From Myxococcota bacterium (GTDB taxonomy: Bacteria; Myxococcota_A; SURF-8), in the NCBI GenBank assembly GCA_965140415.1, contig OZ223209.1, positions 3,392,001 through 3,456,000 of the forward strand: a stretch of DNA of 64,000 bases, written 5' to 3'. The position numbers and the translations under genes were made by a program. Shown piece after piece: positions 61,633 through 64,000 of this stretch. The first letter of the stretch is position 1; the number at the start of each line of letters is the position of its first letter. The notes under the pieces were generated by a model. The model worked only from the letters and a program-made list of their open reading frames with translations. It did not search any database and was not told the DNA's origin.

Positions 61633-64000
61633 ATGGAGCATCGAGCGAATTTATACATCGGCATTCTGCTGATTTCTCTAGCGACGTTGGCGCTGGAAAT
61701 TTTACAAGTACGCATTTTCTCCGTAATGCTGTGGCATCACCTTGCCTATATGGTGATTACCGTTACACTTTTAGGCTTCGGTGCAGCAGGAGCATATGTC
61801 GCTGTCAAAGGAACGGGAGGAGAAGAGCGAGTGCGCAGCCGGGCGGCCTGGTCGGCTTTGCTGGCCTCATTAACCACTCTGGTCGGATTTACCGCTGTTA
61901 CGCGCATTCCACTGGATACCTATATGGTTTCTTCTTCCCTTCAATTGAGCTTTATCTTTTTGTACTACGCCTTTCTTATTTTCCCCTATTTCTTCATGGC
62001 GTTAACAATTACGTTACTGCTCAGTCACTACTCATCGATCGTTCACCGCTTATATTTCTGGAACCTGATCGGTTCTGCTATCGGTTGTCTGGCATTCCTG
62101 GCGTTCCTGTACACGCTTGGGGGTGAAGCTTCCGTATTGGCGATTGCCGCAATTGCCGCACTAGCGGCAGTTGTCCTGTTCCCGAAACAAGAAAAACGCA
62201 ACCTGGCGATTTCAGTCGCAACTGTCGTATTGATGCTGGTCCTGATTCCGGTAGCGGGAAAAATCATCACGGTCCGCCCTGCCCCATCCAAAGCATTGGG
62301 CATGTTTATGGCGAACACGCCCGACTTGAAAATTGAAAGCACGCAATGGGATCCGGTGGCGCGCATCGACATCATCAGTTCGCCATCCTTTAAAGATCTG
62401 CTCAAATACCACGATGCAGAAGTAAAGAAGATTTTCACCATCGACGGAGATGCCTACACTTTCGTTTTCGATCCGCACCGCCCCTATCCGGAAGTAAAGG
62501 AACTGGGAAAATCCTTATACGGTTCGGCCTATTTCCTGAAAAACAAGCCTAAAGTCGCCATTATCGGTTTAGGTGGTACAACCGACATTATGACGGCTTT
62601 GCATTTCCAATCCCGTGAAATCACCGGGGTTGAAATCAATCAGGCGATGATCGATGCTGCCAATTTCGTATTTAAAGACAATCCCTACCACCCCTATAAA
62701 GATCCTTCCGTAACCATCGTTCACCAAGAAGGTCGTTCGTTCCTGCGCCGCTCAAACGAAACCTACGACATCATTCAAATGTCCGGCGTCGACACCTGGT
62801 CCGCTCTTTCCACCGGAGCTTACGTTCTTTCGGAGAACTATCTGTATACGAGGGAAGCCTTCCAGGAATATTACAGCCATCTCAGTGATAACGGTATCTT
62901 GTGCATGATCCGCTGGATCTTCGATCCGCCCCGCGAGTGCCTGCGACTCGTGACCGTGCAATCCAACCTGTTAAAAGACATGGGCTATCGGATGCCCTGG
63001 AATCACTTTGTGGTACTAAAACAAGGGTTATTGGCATCGGTACTGACGAAAGTCTCTCCTTTTACTAAAGGCGAAATTCAAAACCTGAAACGCCTTCTAG
63101 CGGACAAACCCGAAATCTCTTTGATGTATGCTCCAGGCGAACAGGGCCAGAACCCCTTCTACCGCTATTTCGGAGCCATGAAAGCGGATCGCGGAAACGC
63201 TTTCATCGACTTATACCCGTTCAAACTGGATACGGTAACGGATGATCGTCCCTTCTTCTTCGAATTTTACAAATGGCAGGACATGTTCAAGTCGTTCTTC
63301 GGGCAGGGTGGTTACTTGGCAGCAGCCAGCCCAATCGGCTACATCATTCTCGTGCTTTCGCTAAGCCAGGCTTTCCTTTTCGGCTGTCTATTCATTCTGT
63401 TACCACTCTGGCGTTTCAAACGTAACGGTTTGTCGTTGGAAGGTTCAGGTCGCGTGATCGTCTTCTTCTCTGCTCTAGGACTGGGATTCATGTTCGTTGA
63501 AGTAGCGCTGATGCAAAAGTTTGTCCTGTTCCTGGGACATCCCACCTACTCCATCGCCGTGACCCTGTTCTCGTTACTGGTATTTAGCGGTATTGGATCG
63601 ATGATCGCAGGTAAACTCAAGATTGCACCGAAAAAACTCATTTTGTTTTCCATCATGGCTGTTTCAGCTATCGTGATTCTATACAGCATCATCCTTACCC
63701 CCTTCTTCAACACCGCATTGGGCCAGCCAATCGTCCTGCGCATGCTGATTTCGATTCTGGTTCTCGCGCCTTTGGGGGTAGCGATGGGTATGCCGTTCCC
63801 AACCGGTATTTCCTTTATCGGTACACGCTCACAGGCTTTTGTCCCCTGGGCTTTCGGCATTAACGGCGTTGCAAGCGTTGTCGCCTCGATCCTTTGTATT
63901 ATCGTTGCGTTGTCGGCAGGATTTACCACCGTGTTATACACGGCGGTAGCAATATATCTAGTTGGAGGCTTTTTGCTGTATACTCTGCCAGAAACGAATG
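61633..64000 (+). CDS. polytopic membrane protein with spermidine-synthase-like SAM-dependent domain, truncated at the window end and absent from the ORF track
   Basis: GGAGG then ATG 61633: MEHRANLYIGILLISLATLALEILQVRIFSVMLWHHLAY...; IIGLGG..EIN..EGRSFL..YDII; TDDRPFF; GLGFMFVE; WAFGING. I saw no stop codon before the edge. Confidence 0.85.
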   Translation, partial: MEHRANLYIGILLISLATLALEILQVRIFSVMLWHHLAYMVITVTLLGFGAAGAYVAVKGTGGEERVRSRAAWSALLASLTTLVGFTAVTRIPLDTYMVSSSLQLSFIFLYYAFLIFPYFFMALTITLLLSHYSSIVHRLYFWNLIGSAIGCLAFLAFLYTLGGEASVLAIAAIAALAAVVLFPKQEKRNLAISVATVVLMLVLIPVAGKIITVRPAPSKALGMFMANTPDLKIESTQWDPVARIDIISSPSFKDLLKYHDAEVKKIFTIDGDAYTFVFDPHRPYPEVKELGKSLYGSAYFLKNKPKVAIIGLGGTTDIMTALHFQSREITGVEINQAMIDAANFVFKDNPYHPYKDPSVTIVHQEGRSFLRRSNETYDIIQMSGVDTWSALSTGAYVLSENYLYTREAFQEYYSHLSDNGILCMIRWIFDPPRECLRLVTVQSNLLKDMGYRMPWNHFVVLKQGLLASVLTKVSPFTKGEIQNLKRLLADKPEISLMYAPGEQGQNPFYRYFGAMKADRGNAFIDLYPFKLDTVTDDRPFFFEFYKWQDMFKSFFGQGGYLAAASPIGYIILVLSLSQAFLFGCLFILLPLWRFKRNGLSLEGSGRVIVFFSALGLGFMFVEVALMQKFVLFLGHPTYSIAVTLFSLLVFSGIGSMIAGKLKIAPKKLILFSIMAVSAIVILYSIILTPFFNTALGQPIVLRMLISILVLAPLGVAMGMPFPTGISFIGTRSQAFVPWAFGINGVASVVASILCIIVALSAGFTTVLYTAVAIYLVGGFLLYTLPETN

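Overview
Core-genome window (about 50% GC) from a bacterium whose gene order suggests a deltaproteobacterial lineage (Myxococcota/Desulfobacterota-like): ftsH-folP-cdaA-cdaR-glmM, ispE-spoVG-tRNA-Gln-prs-rplY-pth, and tandem-PilZ proteins. I found no prophage, transposase or CRISPR array. Housekeeping genes (proBA, argR, hppA, glnA, corA, mscS, K+ channel, yhaO-yhaN) alternate with accessory loci. Main observations: (1) a SulP anion transporter with a large loop insertion containing a CxxCH heme-c motif and a fused C-terminal receiver domain, inside a phosphorelay cluster (two intact kinases, a ChpT-like pseudokinase, four REC domains, no DNA-binding output); (2) a selenoprotein missed by the ORF track, a Prx-like lipoprotein with in-frame UGA in a U-P-Y-S motif and a SECIS-like hairpin; (3) a lexA-DUF72-imuB-like-dnaE2 cassette with an unfamiliar candidate LexA box; (4) a tandem Ddl-like ATP-grasp ligase coupled to a DmpA peptidase; (5) four lipoproteins sharing an acidic DGD tether; (6) two different REP doublets. 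Family calls come from motif recognition only, and no database searches were run.
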